Source of the DNA: Mobula hypostoma
Taxonomy: Eukaryota
NCBI RefSeq assembly: GCF_963921235.1
Contig: NC_086097.1
Span: forward strand, 111,292,001 to 111,356,000
Direction: 5' to 3'
Length of the DNA stretch: 64,000 nucleotides
The notes beneath the pieces are model-generated. The model searched no databases. It had not been told where the DNA came from and saw only the letters and a program-made list of their open reading frames with translations. Of the stretch, positions 50,640-62,739 are shown piece by piece (within the stretch, counting starts at the first letter, position 1; the number at the start of each line of letters is the position of its first letter). The position numbers and the translations under genes were made by a program.

Positions 50640-51930
50640 CAAAGTTCAAAGTAAATTTATTATCAAAGTACCTATATGTCACCACATACAACCCTGAGAT
50701 TCATTTACTTGCAGGCATTCACAGTGAATACACAGAAACACATTATGAAAGACTGCACAGAACAAAACAGGCAAGCAACAAACACTGCAACTACAAAAAG
50801 AAGAAATATTAATAATAATAAACAAATAAGCAAAAATATCAAGAACATGAGATGTAGTTTCCTTGAAAGTGAGTCCATAAGTTGTGGGAACAGTTCAGTT
50901 TTGGGGTGAGTGAAGTCGAGTCATGTTATCCCCTCTGGTTCAAGAGCCTGATGGTTGAGGGGAAATAACTGTTCCTGAGTCTGGTGATGGGGGTCCTGAG
51001 GCTTCTGTACCTCCTTTCCTGATGATAGCAGTGAGAAGCGAGTATGGCCTGGATGGTGGCCTCCTTGATGATGGATGCTGCTTTATTCTGACAGCACTCC
51101 ATGTAGATGTGCTCAATGGTGGGGAGTTCTTTACGCATGATGACTAGGCTCTATCTATTACTTTCTGTCAGCTTTTCAGTTCAAGGATGTTGGTGTTTCC
51201 ATACCAGGCTGTGATGCAACTAGACAGTATACTCTCCATCACATATCCATAGAAGTTTGTCAAAGATATAGGTGACGTACCAAATCTACACTAACTTCTA
51301 AGAAAGTTTTGAGGCACTGCTGTGCCTTCTTTGTAATGGTACCTTTGTGCTGGACCTGAGACAGATACTCTAAAATGATAACACAGAGGAATTCAATGTT
51401 ACTGACCCCTCCTTTCCTTTGATATCCCAATGAGGTCTGGCTCATGGACCTCTAGTTTTTTCCTCTTCTATTCTGTGATCAGCTTCTTGGACTTGCTGAC
51501 ATTGAGTAAATAGTTGTTGTTGTGACACCACTCAGCCAGATTTTCAATCTGCCTCCTATATGCTGATTTGTCATCACAGTGGTGTTGTCAGCAAACTTAA
51601 ATATGGCATTGGAGCTGTGCTTAACCTGATTGTCACAAGTATAAAGTGAGTGGAGCAGGGGACTAAGCCCACAGCCTTGTGGTGCACCTGTGCTGATGGT
51701 GCTTGTGGAGGAGATGTTGCCAATCTGAACTTACTGGGGTCTTGAAGTGAGGAAATTGAGGATCAAGGAAGTATTGAGGCCAAGGTCTTGAAGGTTTTTG
51801 ATTAGTTTTGAGGGAATGATAGTATTAAATGCCGAGAGCAGTCAAAGAGAAGCATCCTGATTTATATATTTTCACTGTCCACCTGTTCCAGGGTTGAGTG
51901 AAGAGGCAGTAAAATGGCATCTGCCATTCA
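50640..51930 (-). mobile_element. Rex/Babar-like LINE fragment
   Basis: ORFs 50926..51138 (KAASIIK..RRYRSLRT..RLRNSYFP) and 51260..51445; aaagttcaaagt tail. Confidence 0.7.
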
Positions 51931-52239
51931 CAAACAAGTGAATCTGCAGTTGGTAGAAATCCAAGTAACACACACAAAATGCTGGAGGCATCAGCAGGCC
52001 AGGCAGCATCTATGGAAAAGAGTACAGTTGATGTTTCGGGCCAAAAAGTATTTGAATGTATATGATTTTGAAAACAGATCCATAAAACAGGAAAATCAGC
52101 AACTTTTGCTAAATTTACTCCCATTACATTTTTTTTCTCATTAAAGAATAGTTTCATGATGATAACCGGTTGATTTGATCACAGAAAATCAAAAATAGTG
52201 GATTTACTGCAGATGATGTTTAATAATTTTATCTTCCAG

Positions 52240-52372
52240 AAACACGGTTTGGTGATTATTCCAGAAAGTACACCAAATGGTGATGTAAACCATGAACCTA
52301 TTGTTGGTGCAATTACAGTTGTGTCTCAAGAGGCTGCACAAGTACTTGAAAGTGCTGGCGATGGGCCACTAG
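52240..52372 (+). CDS. LRRFIP2: LRRFIP2 coding exon, 133 nt ([44 protein letters not shown])
   Basis: cttccag / gtaatt; strong LRRFIP2 match; ends in phase 1. Confidence 0.97.
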
Positions 52373-52697
52373 GTAATTGGCATGACAATTTGCCGCATTG
52401 GCAAACTGTAAACTTTTTACTTTATCTGTTGGATTGTATTTTATACTGGTACTTTATGGTTGAGATATTGCAATAAATCTTTAAGTCTCTAACCAGGAAT
52501 ACACAAATCATTACTGTTGTAGAATATATTAAATATATAGAATTTATGTTGTAATGATGCACTTCTGCCCTAAATCAGTCAGCTGCTATCATTAGTCAAT
52601 ATGAATTTGTTCAATTTCTGAATTAAGTAATGCAAGTCTTGTTGCTTTTAAATTTTAAGCTTGTAAACATCATGTAATATCTATTTCTTCATCTTAG

Positions 52698-52747
52698 ATG
52701 TGCGGCTAAAGAAACTGGCTGATGAAAAGGAAGAATTACTTGCACAG
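52698..52747 (+). CDS. LRRFIP2: LRRFIP2 coding exon, 50 nt (DVRLKKLADEKEELLAQ)
   Basis: catcttag / gtaatt; phase 1 entry completes the Asp codon. Confidence 0.95.
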
Positions 52748-53474
52748 GTAATTATATACCTTTGGAAAGTTGGTGAGAAAGCAAAAATGTATTTGAGAAA
52801 TAGTAATATTAAACTGAATGCTGTAGGTGGTGGGTAATGGATAGAACATAGGACTTTCAGCATTATGTCTTCATAAAAGCACAATCAGTTCCTATTGGGC
52901 ACCAACTATCAATGTCTTTCAGAAGTGCAGACCCAAGTGAAGAAATGACTGTCCGTGTTTGTTCTAAGTGCAGTAGTTTTATACCTAAATTTTCTCCTTC
53001 TGACTTGATCTTGTTTTATGTACTTTGCCGCTTGAAATAAGAAAAAGTTTTATTCCTAGCATTAAAGAGACCAAAAGGTATTTATTATTTGTACAAAACC
53101 TCATTTTTCTGAAACATAGTAAAACATTTCGCATAAAGTCAATTATTCAGAAACGTTATCATTAATGTAGCCTTTGTGAATAAATATGCTGCTTAAAAAT
53201 GTGCTCCCGCTGATGTCTGTGGAGCAATGCAAGAAAATGGATGGAGTAATTTTCAGCAGCAGGTGAGAATAACAAAATATCAGGTATCAATTCAAGAAGT
53301 TCAGCATCAGTTGTCTGACTACTTGTTCAGTAATCTGTTTATTATCTTCTGGAACCTCTCTACCTCAAATTCATTGATTGCTAGGTGTTGTAATGCGATA
53401 TAAAGAAAAAGAAGCAGGAGTATATCATTTGGTCTGCTTATATTTCATCTGCTTTTCATTAAGGTCATAGCTGA

Positions 53475-53960
53475 TCTCAGAATCAGGTTTATTATCACCG
53501 GCATGTGTCATGAAACTTGTTAACTTAGCAGCAGTAGTTCAATGCAATACATAATATAGAAGAATCAATCAATCAATTCCAGTATCTGTATATTGAATAG
53601 ATCAAAAATTGTGCAAAAACAGAAATAATATAGATTTAAAAAGTGAGTTAGCAGTGTTCATGGGTTCATTTAGTAATCAGATGGCAGAGGGGAAGAAGCT
53701 GTTCTTGAATCACTGAGTGTGTGCCTTCAGGCTTCTGTACCTCCTACCTGATGGTAACAGTGAGGAAAGGGCATACCTTGGGTGCTGGGAGTCCTTAATA
53801 ATGGACGCTGCCTTTCTGAGACACCGCTCCTTGAAGATATCCTGGGTACTTTGTAGGCTAATACCCAAGATGGAGCTGCAGCTTCTTTCAGCCCTGTGCA
53901 GTAGCACTCTCCCCTCCACCCCAGCAGTCTGTCAGAATGCTGTCCACGGTACATCTATAG
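53475..53960 (-). mobile_element. Rex/Babar-like LINE 3' fragment
   Basis: ORF 53710..53919 (KAASIIKDSQHP..LLPSGRRYRSL). Confidence 0.7.
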
Positions 53961-54296
53961 ATCTTCGATATTAATACCACTTTCCTGCTGTAACCCCACA
54001 TCTTATGGTTTTCTTAGTCTTTAAAATTAATGCTCTGATCAACTGAGTCTTTGCTGTCCTTGTTGGCAGAGATCTAAAGATGTATCGCATTAGCAAAGCA
54101 ATTTTTTCTCTTATTTTGAAACTGGCTCCTAATAATGGTCCCCTTGTTGGGTTATCATCAACCCTTTATACAATTTGTCAAGTCCCAGAATAATTCTGTA
54201 TTTTTGAATGAGATTATCTTCCTTTGGAATTTTGCAGAGGGAAAAAAGCTGTTTCCTGACCTGCTGATTTTTCCAGCAAAGGTTGGTGATGCAGAC

Positions 54297-54933
54297 ATTT
54301 ATAGCGAGAGGATTCGAGTACAGGAGCAGGGAGGTACTACTGCAGTTGTACAAGGCCTTGGTGAGACCACACCTGGAGTATTGGGTGCAGTTTTGGTCCC
54401 CTAATCTGAGGAAAGACATCTTTGCCATAGAGGGAGTACAAAGAAGGTTCACCAGATTGATTCCTGGGATGGCAGGACTTTCATATGAAGAAAGACTGGA
54501 TGAACTGGGCTCGTACTCGTTGGAATTTAGAAGATTGAGGGGGGATCTGATTGAAACGTATAAGATCCTAAAGGGATTGGACAGGCTAGATGCAGGAAGA
54601 TTGTTCCCGATGTTGGGGAAGTCCAGAACGAGGGGTCACAGTTTGAGGATAGAGGGGAAGCCTTTTAGGACCTAGATTAGGAAAAACTTCTTCACACAGA
54701 GAGTGGTGAATCTGTGGAATTCTCTGCCACAGGAAACTGTTGAGGCCAGTTCATTGGCTATATTTAAGAGGGAGTTAGATATGGCCCTTGTGGCTACAGG
54801 GGTCAGGGGGTATGGAGGGAAGGCTGGGGCGGGGTTCTGAGTTGGATGATCAGCCATGATCATAATAAATGGCGGTGCAGGCTCGAAGGGCTGAATGGCC
54901 TACTCCTGCACCTATTTTCTATGTTTCTATGTT
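54297..54933 (+). mobile_element. Young 5'-truncated CR1 LINE
   Basis: ORF 54283..54675 (LYKALVRPHLEYWVQFWSP..RRLRGDLIETYKI); tail ttctatgtttctatgtt. Confidence 0.92.
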
Positions 54934-55516
54934 CTTGATGGGAAAGGAGTTAAAAAGTTACAGTGGGTAGGAAAGATTGTGGAGTTGAGGTTACAATCAA
55001 ATCAGCCTTCCTGTTATTGAATGCCAGAGCATAATCAAGGTGGTGAGTGCCCTACTGCTCTTCTGCCCCCGATTTGTATGTTCGATGTTCTTTATGACTG
55101 TGAACATTTCTCAGTTACCACAGTTGCTCTGACATCCTTTCTGTTCCTACTCCAATTCTAAGTAGTTCATTCAGAATCTTTCCCTTCTAAAGTGTTAGTT
55201 TGCCAAATTCCTGTAATGACACTTCATAGTGCATTAGTAAGAGAAGTATTAGATCTGTTGTTGAACTACGGGAAAAAAATAGTATTATTTTTAACTAGTA
55301 ACAGAAACCCATTAATTACTTTAATATAGATTTTGGCCAAAGATCATGATACCATGACTAAATAGTACAATGGGTTATTCTAAATACTGTTTAACAGAGG
55401 GTCATGTGTTTGTGTTCATATTTTTATTTATTTTGTCTGTGATTTATATGTGGGGTCAGTTTTTTGATTGTTAAAGATTATTGATCAAATGTTCTCTGGG
55501 CAACTTGCTTTGGTAG

Positions 55517-55637
55517 ATCAGAAAACTGAAACTGCAGTTGGAAGAGGAACGACAGAAAAACTCTAAGATTGAGAATGTGCTCACAGATTCTGATCGATTA
55601 GAAAATGGCACAGACCTACAAATTCTTGAAATGCAGA
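55517..55637 (+). CDS. LRRFIP2: LRRFIP2 coding exon, 121 nt (IRKLKLQLEEERQKNSKIENVLTDSDRLENGTDLQILEMQ)
   Basis: ttggtag / gtaagt; IRKLKLQLEEERQK motif. Confidence 0.95.
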
Positions 55638-55704
55638 GTAAGTTTGAGAAGTATTGTGTGTATCTTTTTAAATTCCAAGCTGACATGACTGCTATTCAGG
55701 AGAC

Positions 55705-56130
55705 AGAAGAGATTGCAGGTGCTGGAAATCTGGACTAACACACAAAAAGTGGATTAGGCAGCAACTATAGAGGGAAATGGACAGTCAATATTTCAAGTTG
55801 AGACCCTTCATCCAGACTGGAAAGAAAGAGGGAAGTAGCCAGTAGAGGAAGGTCAGGGGTGGGGGGAGAAGGGGTGCAACAAGAGCTGGCAGGTGAGAGG
55901 TGGATCCAGGTATGGGGATGGGGAGAGTGGGAATATTGTAAGAAGCTGGGAGGTGATAGGTGAAAGTGATAAAGTGCTGAAGATGGAATCTGTGGGAGAG
56001 GACAGTGCATCATGGAATATAACTAGACAGCGGAACTGCTGGGTAATGGGCAGATGGAGAGGGTGTGGGAGGGAAAAGAGAGTGTGATGAAGACCGGGGA
56101 CTAAGGGAGAAAAAAATTAAGGAAGGGAAC
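55705..56130 (-). mobile_element. Old Penelope-like terminal repeat/UTR remnant
   Basis: acagtcaatatttcaagttgagacccttcatccagactg is a decayed antisense hammerhead region. Confidence 0.65.
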
Positions 56131-58020
56131 AGAGTCAGAGAATTACAACATGGAATGGGCCTTGCAGCTCAACTTGCCCATGCCGAATGTTGCCCAGCAA
56201 GCTAGTCTCATTTGCTTGCGTTTGGCCCATAGCTCTCTAAACATCTCCTTTCCATGTACTTGACTAGATGGCTTTTAAATAATGCCAATGTGCTTGCCTC
56301 AACCACAATGTCTGGCAGCTGATTCCAAATATGCATCACGTTTTGTATGAAGAGGTCACTTTTAAATCTTTTACCTCTGATCTTAAGCCTATGCCTTCTT
56401 GTTTATAGCATGACCTCCCTGGGAAAAAGATTGTGCTTTCACCCTGTCTGTGTTCCTTATGATCTTGTTAACTTCTATCAGGTTACCCCTCAGTTCCTTA
56501 CATTCCAGGGAATAAAGTGATAGCCTATGCAATCCCTTCCTTGTAACTCAGGCTCCCAAGGCCAGGCAATATCCTGATAAGTCTTTTCTGCACTCTTTCG
56601 AGTTTAATAACATCTTTCTTTTAAGAGGATCACCAAAACTGTGCACAATACTCCAAGTGAGCCTCACCATTATCTTGTACATCTGCAGCATCTTAACTCC
56701 CAAACTCAGTGTTCTGACTGGTGAAGTCCAGCATGCCAAATACTTTCTTCACCACCCTATCTACCTATGCGCCACTTTCATTGAACTATGCGCTTGCTCT
56801 CTTAGGTCCCTCTGTTCCATAACACTTCCCAGGGCTCTTCTATTCACTGTGCAAATTCCATCCTGGTTCAATCTCCTGAAATAAGTCACATTTATCTGGA
56901 TTAAAAGCTATTTGCCAATCCTGAGCCCGCATATCCAGCTGATCAAGATCTCCCTGTAATTTTTCATAATGTGCTACACTATCCAGAACATTGCCTATTT
57001 TAGTATCATCCACAAACCCCTGTGGCGCACCACTAGACACAGGACATTAATCCAAGAAACAGCTGTCAACCATCATTCTCAACTTCTGAGTACTCAGTAA
57101 ATTATGAATACAATTCATAATCTCTCCATGCATCCCATGCGATCTAAACCTCAAGACTAACCTGCCATAGGGGACCTTGTCAAAGGCCTTGCTGAAGTCT
57201 ATATGGACTACATCCACCACTCAACCCTCATCTAGCCTCTTGATTAAGAAGAACTCCCAATAGACTTGGCAGACATTACTTCTCATGCACAAAACCGTGC
57301 TGACTATTCCAAATCAGACACTGTTCCTCCAAATGTTGGTAGATCCCTCCTCCAGCAATTTTCCACAGCCAATATCAGACATATTGTTCTGCAGTTTCCT
57401 GGCATGTTTTTGGCTACACTTTTTATACAATGGTGCCTCATTAACAACTCTCTAGCCCTCAGAAACCTCACCCTGGCCAGAGATGAAGCATAAATGTCTG
57501 CAAGGGCCACTGCAGTTTCTTCTTTCACCTTCCCACAAGGTCTGAGAGTGCTCTGGGTATGGCCGTGATTATTTATTCGCTTTAGTGCCCTTTGAGTCCT
57601 CCAATGCCTCCTGTCTGCTAATTAAAAATCTCTCTCATTTCTGTTGGTTCCACATACAGACATGCATGCTGATCTTCAAGGCAACCTATTCTTCTCCAGC
57701 TACCCATTTACTTCCAATATACCCATAATTCTATGGGATTAATCTGTTGGATTAATATAATCCAATTAATATAGTATTAATATAATCTGTTAGGATTTTG
57801 CCTCACCTTGCCAGCCACCAACTTCTCATATTCTTCTTTTGACTTCCTAATTCATACCTTAAATGCAATCCAATGGTACTTGTAACCATCAAGAGGTTCA
57901 CTAGGTCCCAATTGTTTATGTGCAGTGTATGCCTCCCTCTTTTATTTAATCAAAGCCTTAAACTCAGGGTTCCCAAAACCTACCAGACTTGCTCTTCGTC
58001 CTGATAGGAACATGCAGGCC
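56130..58020 (-). mobile_element. Old CR1 ORF2 remnant
   Basis: ORFs 56840..57040 (GAPQG..DDTKIG..WQIAFNPDKC) and 57304..57528. Confidence 0.7.
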
Positions 58021-58288
58021 ATGAAAAGAGGGGAGTTGTTATCGGAAATTAGAGAAATCGATACTCATGGTATCATGTTGGAGATTACCAAGACAAAATA
58101 CAGTATGAGGTGCTTTTCCTCAAATATGTGACTAGCCTCAACTTTGCAGTAGACAAAGCCATGGACAGACATGTTGGTGTGGGAATAGGCAGTGGAATTA
58201 AAATGGCTAGCCACTGGGATATCCTGCCTGGTACAGTGGATGGAGTGAAAATGCTGGACTATTCAGAGGGGAAAAAAATTCATCATTA

Positions 58289-58869
58289 TGTAAGCCTCGG
58301 GCTCGCTCAGCTCGCATTGGTCTAGGGCCCCACCAAACTGTGTGATCAAGTTTGTGTAGATGCTGTGTGATGTACCCCACAACACCCAATAACAGACAGT
58401 ACACCATATGCGATTAAATTATTACACTTTATAACTCTTACTTGAACTATGGGATTAGTAAAGAACCAAAATATAAAATAAAAAGGTGCCAAGAATAATA
58501 ATTAGACAGTTCATGCACTGTTGGAATTCACGCAGTATCCTTGGTCCACCATTTGACTTCCTCCGAACTCTGTGGGTCCCAAGCCCCTGCTTGGGGTCTG
58601 CTCCGCTAGCCAGCTCATAGCATCTCTTCGTGTGCGTCTTCTCTCTTCATCCCCATGGCGCGTTCTGACCAAATCCCACGCAACAACAGCTTTCAGATAC
58701 ACAAGAAAGAATAACATATGTCCCAATTGGTTAGCAAATGAATACAAGTCCTGTTATCACTAATTATAACCCAAAGATGCTGCTACAGAGAACCCCTTAC
58801 GTCAGTTAACATTACAGAGAAGCCATTTTATTAGCCTTAGCAAGTAACATGAAAGAAGAACCCCTTACA
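58289..58869. mobile_element. Probable solo LTR (Gypsy-like)
   Basis: tgtaag ... cttaca termini, 581 bp, 4-bp TSD atta/gtta (1 mismatch), no coding capacity. Confidence 0.6.
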
Positions 58870-59601
58870 GTTAGTTTTCACCTAAATTCTACCCTCTGTC
58901 TTTCTGAAGACTTTGATATATCCAGGTTGTCGAAGCATTCACTTAACTACAATAAAAGGGGTTCATTTAATCAGGTTCTTCACGTCAAGGTTTTGCTCAC
59001 TATGGCAAAACTGTACATTTTGCCACACATGGTGAGTGGTAGAATTTTAGGTAATTTGAAATCCTAGTTGTGGATGCCAAGCAGAATATTTTTCCATAGG
59101 AAAAAATGAAGAACTATGTCCCGTTTAATGATTTTTCACACAATGGAAGGTTGTTCGGAGCAACCCACTTTGTTAACTGAGGAAAACATATATTGAGCTA
59201 TGCTTCAATCTGGACATTGGCTTCTGTGGCTGAACTCAGTCATGTGACCATTGAGAGTCAATGAATAGTGCAAGAGATTTCCATTTGTCAAATCTTTGGC
59301 TGATTTATTCATATGGCATTTACAAACAAGCATGAGTCATCATATTGCTACATAATAAAATGCTTGATTTATCTCAGGGAAAAATTTCAAATAGCCTCAT
59401 TTCTTAAATCAGATTATTTGCACTCCATTATGTTGGAGCGATGAGCCATGACATTTGATTACTGTTGATGTCATATTGTTCAGTTCTATGTTATTATCTC
59501 AGCTATCAAGTCCAGAGCATTTTTAATACAGTTAAAATTGTGCTGTATGCTCTTTTGAAATTCATCATTCATTCATGTTTCCTTCCTCTTTCTGCTTTCA
59601 G

Positions 59602-59681
59602 GAGATGCAAATCGGCAGTTGAGTGAATACAAGTTTAAACTTTCTAAAGCTGAACAGGACATAGCCACTGTGGAACAAAAT
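59602..59681 (+). CDS. LRRFIP2: LRRFIP2 coding exon, 80 nt ([27 protein letters not shown]); the gene continues beyond the window
   Basis: ctttcag / gtgagt; [20 protein letters not shown] motif; phases consistent with the previous exon. Confidence 0.96.
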
Positions 59682-60069
59682 GTGAGTATCTTTCTGAAAG
59701 GTTTTTCTAAATGTTAATTAGCTGAAGTTATAATAATTATAGCCTATTTATTAAAATTTTGTGTCTTATATTCATTTAGGTTGACTTCTTCCTGTCTTCA
59801 TGCCATTGTCATGATATTTCACTTGATCTTTGCACTGATGCAGAAACTTGACATGAAATATTGACAGTTCATTTGCTCCTACAGATGCTGCTCGATCAGC
59901 CAAATTCTTCCTACAGATTGTTCATTGCTTCACGTTCCAGTTTGTGCCTCTGTCATGATATTTGATTTTCTTTTAATGCAATATGTAACATTAACAGTCT
60001 TTAAATGACAGTATTAGAATTTCTCAATATCAATATTATCTGCTTTAGATATTGTTTGGAGAGGGTGGG

Positions 60070-62290
60070 AAATGACCTATCAGGAGAAAATCACAGCAAC
60101 CAGGTCTTTGGCACTGAGTGTGGTTCTGTGGCTCAGAAGGGAAGGGTGGGGGGGAGGTGGTAGAAGAGAAGTGCAGTAGTGATAGGGGATTCCATAGACA
60201 GAGCAGCAAACAGGAGATCCTGTGGACGTGAAAGAGACACCTGGATGGGATGTTGCCTCCCAGGTGCCAAGGTCAGGAATGTTTTGGATTGGGTGCATAG
60301 CATTCTAAAGGGGGAGGGTGAGCATCCAGAAGTTGTTATACATATTGGTACCAATGACATAGGTAGGAAAAAGGATGAGGTCCTGAGGAGCAAATATAGG
60401 GAGCTAAATAGGAGCTCAAAGGTCAAAGTACATTTATTATCTCAGTATGTATTCTATATACAGTATAACCTTAAGATTTGTCTCCTTTCAGGCAGCCACA
60501 AAACAAAGAAACCCAATAGAGCCCATTAAAAAAGAAGGCCCAATGTACAAACTACCAATGTGCAAAAAAAAAGAACAAATCATACAAATAATCATAGTCA
60601 TAGTCGTAGTCATACTTTATTGATCCCAAGGGAAATTGGTTAATTTGGTTAATAATAAAAAAATAAGCAAATAACATTCAGAACTAAAATTCATGGAAGT
60701 GAGTTCACAGCCACAAAGCCAGTCACAGCCGATCCAGGAACCCATTAATTGCAGTCCATAGCCTCCGTTCAGAGCAGAGATGAGTAAAACTCGTTGAGCA
60801 ATGAGCTGAACACTAGCCTGTCCCTCGCCTCCGTTACCAACAACCTGACCTTTTCAATCTGGCCTGGCACTTACGTCAGCCGTACCTTGGGTCGTTCCTT
60901 GCTCCTGGTCTTGGGCCCTGCCATATTGACTCTGCCTCACCTCTGGTCTGCCGCTTCAAGTTGGCTCCAAGTCTACTTTAACCAAGGCCATACCCTTCAC
61001 TCTCAGGTCTGCACCCCGCCACCTCAATTCGGCCTGTACACGCCATGCCACAACCATCCTGCACCTTCAAGTCTTCCAGACAAGAGAAAATCTGCAGATG
61101 TGGGAAATCCGAGCAACACACACAAAATGCTGGAGGAACTCAGCAGACCAGGCAGCATCAATGGAAAAAAGTACAGTTGACGTTTCGGCCCAATAGCAAA
61201 GAGACACTGTTGGAAATATGCAAAAATAATGGAGTTGTTATCATGGGAGTCTTCAACTTCCCTAATATTGATTGGCACTTCCTTAGTGCAAAAGGTATGG
61301 ATAGGGTGGAATTTGTTAGATGTGTCCAGTGTCCAGGGAGGAATCCCGACTCAGTATGTAGACAGCACAACTAGTGGAGAGGTCATATTGATGTGAGGCA
61401 ATGAATCAGGTCAGGTTTCAGATCTCTCAGTTGGAGAGTATTTTGACCACAACTCACTGACCTTTACTATAGCCTTGGATAGCGATAGGAACAGAAAGGA
61501 TGTGAAAGTCCAAACACGAGGAAATCTGCAGATGCTGGAATTTCAAGCAACACACATAAGAATTGACGAAGGGTCTCGGCCCGAAACATCGACTGTATCT
61601 CTTCCTATAGATGCTGCCTGGCCTGCTGCGTTCACCAGCAATTTTTAAGGATGTGAAAGTATTTATTTGGGGGATGGCATATTGCAATGCTGTTAGGCAG
61701 GAACTGAGGAGCATAAATAGGCAACAGATGTACTCAGGGAAATATACAACAGAAATGTGAAGGTTGTTTAGGGAGCATTTGCTGGGGTTTCTGAATAGGT
61801 TTGTTGCATTGTCCCATGAAGGAATGGTAGGGTGAAGGGACCATGGTTAACAAGATGTGGAACATGTAGTCAAGAGGAAGAAAGAAATTTATTTCCTCAT
61901 CAAAGATATTTATAAAAATCTCAGAGTATGGGTCCCAGGGCAGATCCCTTTGGAACACCACCACTGGTCACTGACCTCTGACCTCCAGGCAAAATATGCT
62001 CCATCTACAACCACCATCTGTCTTCTATGGGGAAGCCAATTCTGAATCCACACAACCAAATTTCCCTGGATCCTATGCCTCCTGACTTTCTCAATGAGCA
62101 ATTACATAGGGAATGTTATCAAATGCTTAAGAAAGGCTGAAAGGACAAGTCAGGAAACCACAGGCTGGTGAGTGGTAGGAAAGCTACTGGAGGGAATTCT
62201 GAGGGACAGAATCTTCCAGTATTTTAATAGACAAGGTCTGATTGGGGATAGTCGGCATGCCTTTGTGTATGGGAAGTCATGTCTCAGCAC
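60070..62290 (+). mobile_element. CR1 5' region (ORF1 SGNH-esterase-like, APE remnant) with several nested insertions
   Basis: ORF 60179..60529 (IGDSI..CLPGAKV..VVIHIGTNDIG); MGVFNFPNIDW near 61240. Confidence 0.75.
61510..61646. mobile_element. Collapsed Penelope-derived inverted mini-element
   Basis: Antisense tail piece 61510-61562 fused to a sense piece 61563-61646; 14-bp TSD aaggatgtgaaagt at 61496-61509 and 61647-61660. Confidence 0.85.
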
Positions 62291-62739
62291 AGAACTGTTG
62301 CACGGCAAGCCATGATGCATCCAGATGGAATGTTTCTATGATGCATCTATAACATCTGGTGAAGGTCGAAAGGATCATGCCAAATTTCATTAGCCTCCTG
62401 TGGAAATCAGAATCGGATTTATTTTCGCTGACAAATCATGTGAAATTGGATGTATTGTAGCACCAGTACACTGCAAAGATGTACAAATCTATAAAGTATA
62501 GAAATAATTAGTGCTTTAAAAAATAGGAATAATTATGTAGTGTTAATTAACCATTCAGAAATCTGGTAGTGGAGTGTTTGGAATATTGGTGTGGTTTTTC
62601 TGACAGAACATCTACGTGATTTGACCAGGTGTGTTGGTGATTTTTGCTCTTCGGAAATTGAAGCTCTCAACCATCTTCATCTTAGCACTGTTGATATAAA
62701 CAGGATGTGCAGTGCACTGCCTGGCTTCCTGAAGTCACT

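Noticed and set aside
1332..59681. Assignment to LRRFIP1 instead of LRRFIP2
   Set aside because: [25 protein letters not shown] and IRKLKLQLEEERQK match LRRFIP2 as I recall it; a reciprocal BLAST would settle it.
4987..61646. Recurrent near-identical palindromic repeats read as a CRISPR array or bacterial terminators
   Set aside because: They are dispersed, TSD-flanked retroelement termini in a vertebrate intron; there is no repeat-spacer periodicity and no cas gene.
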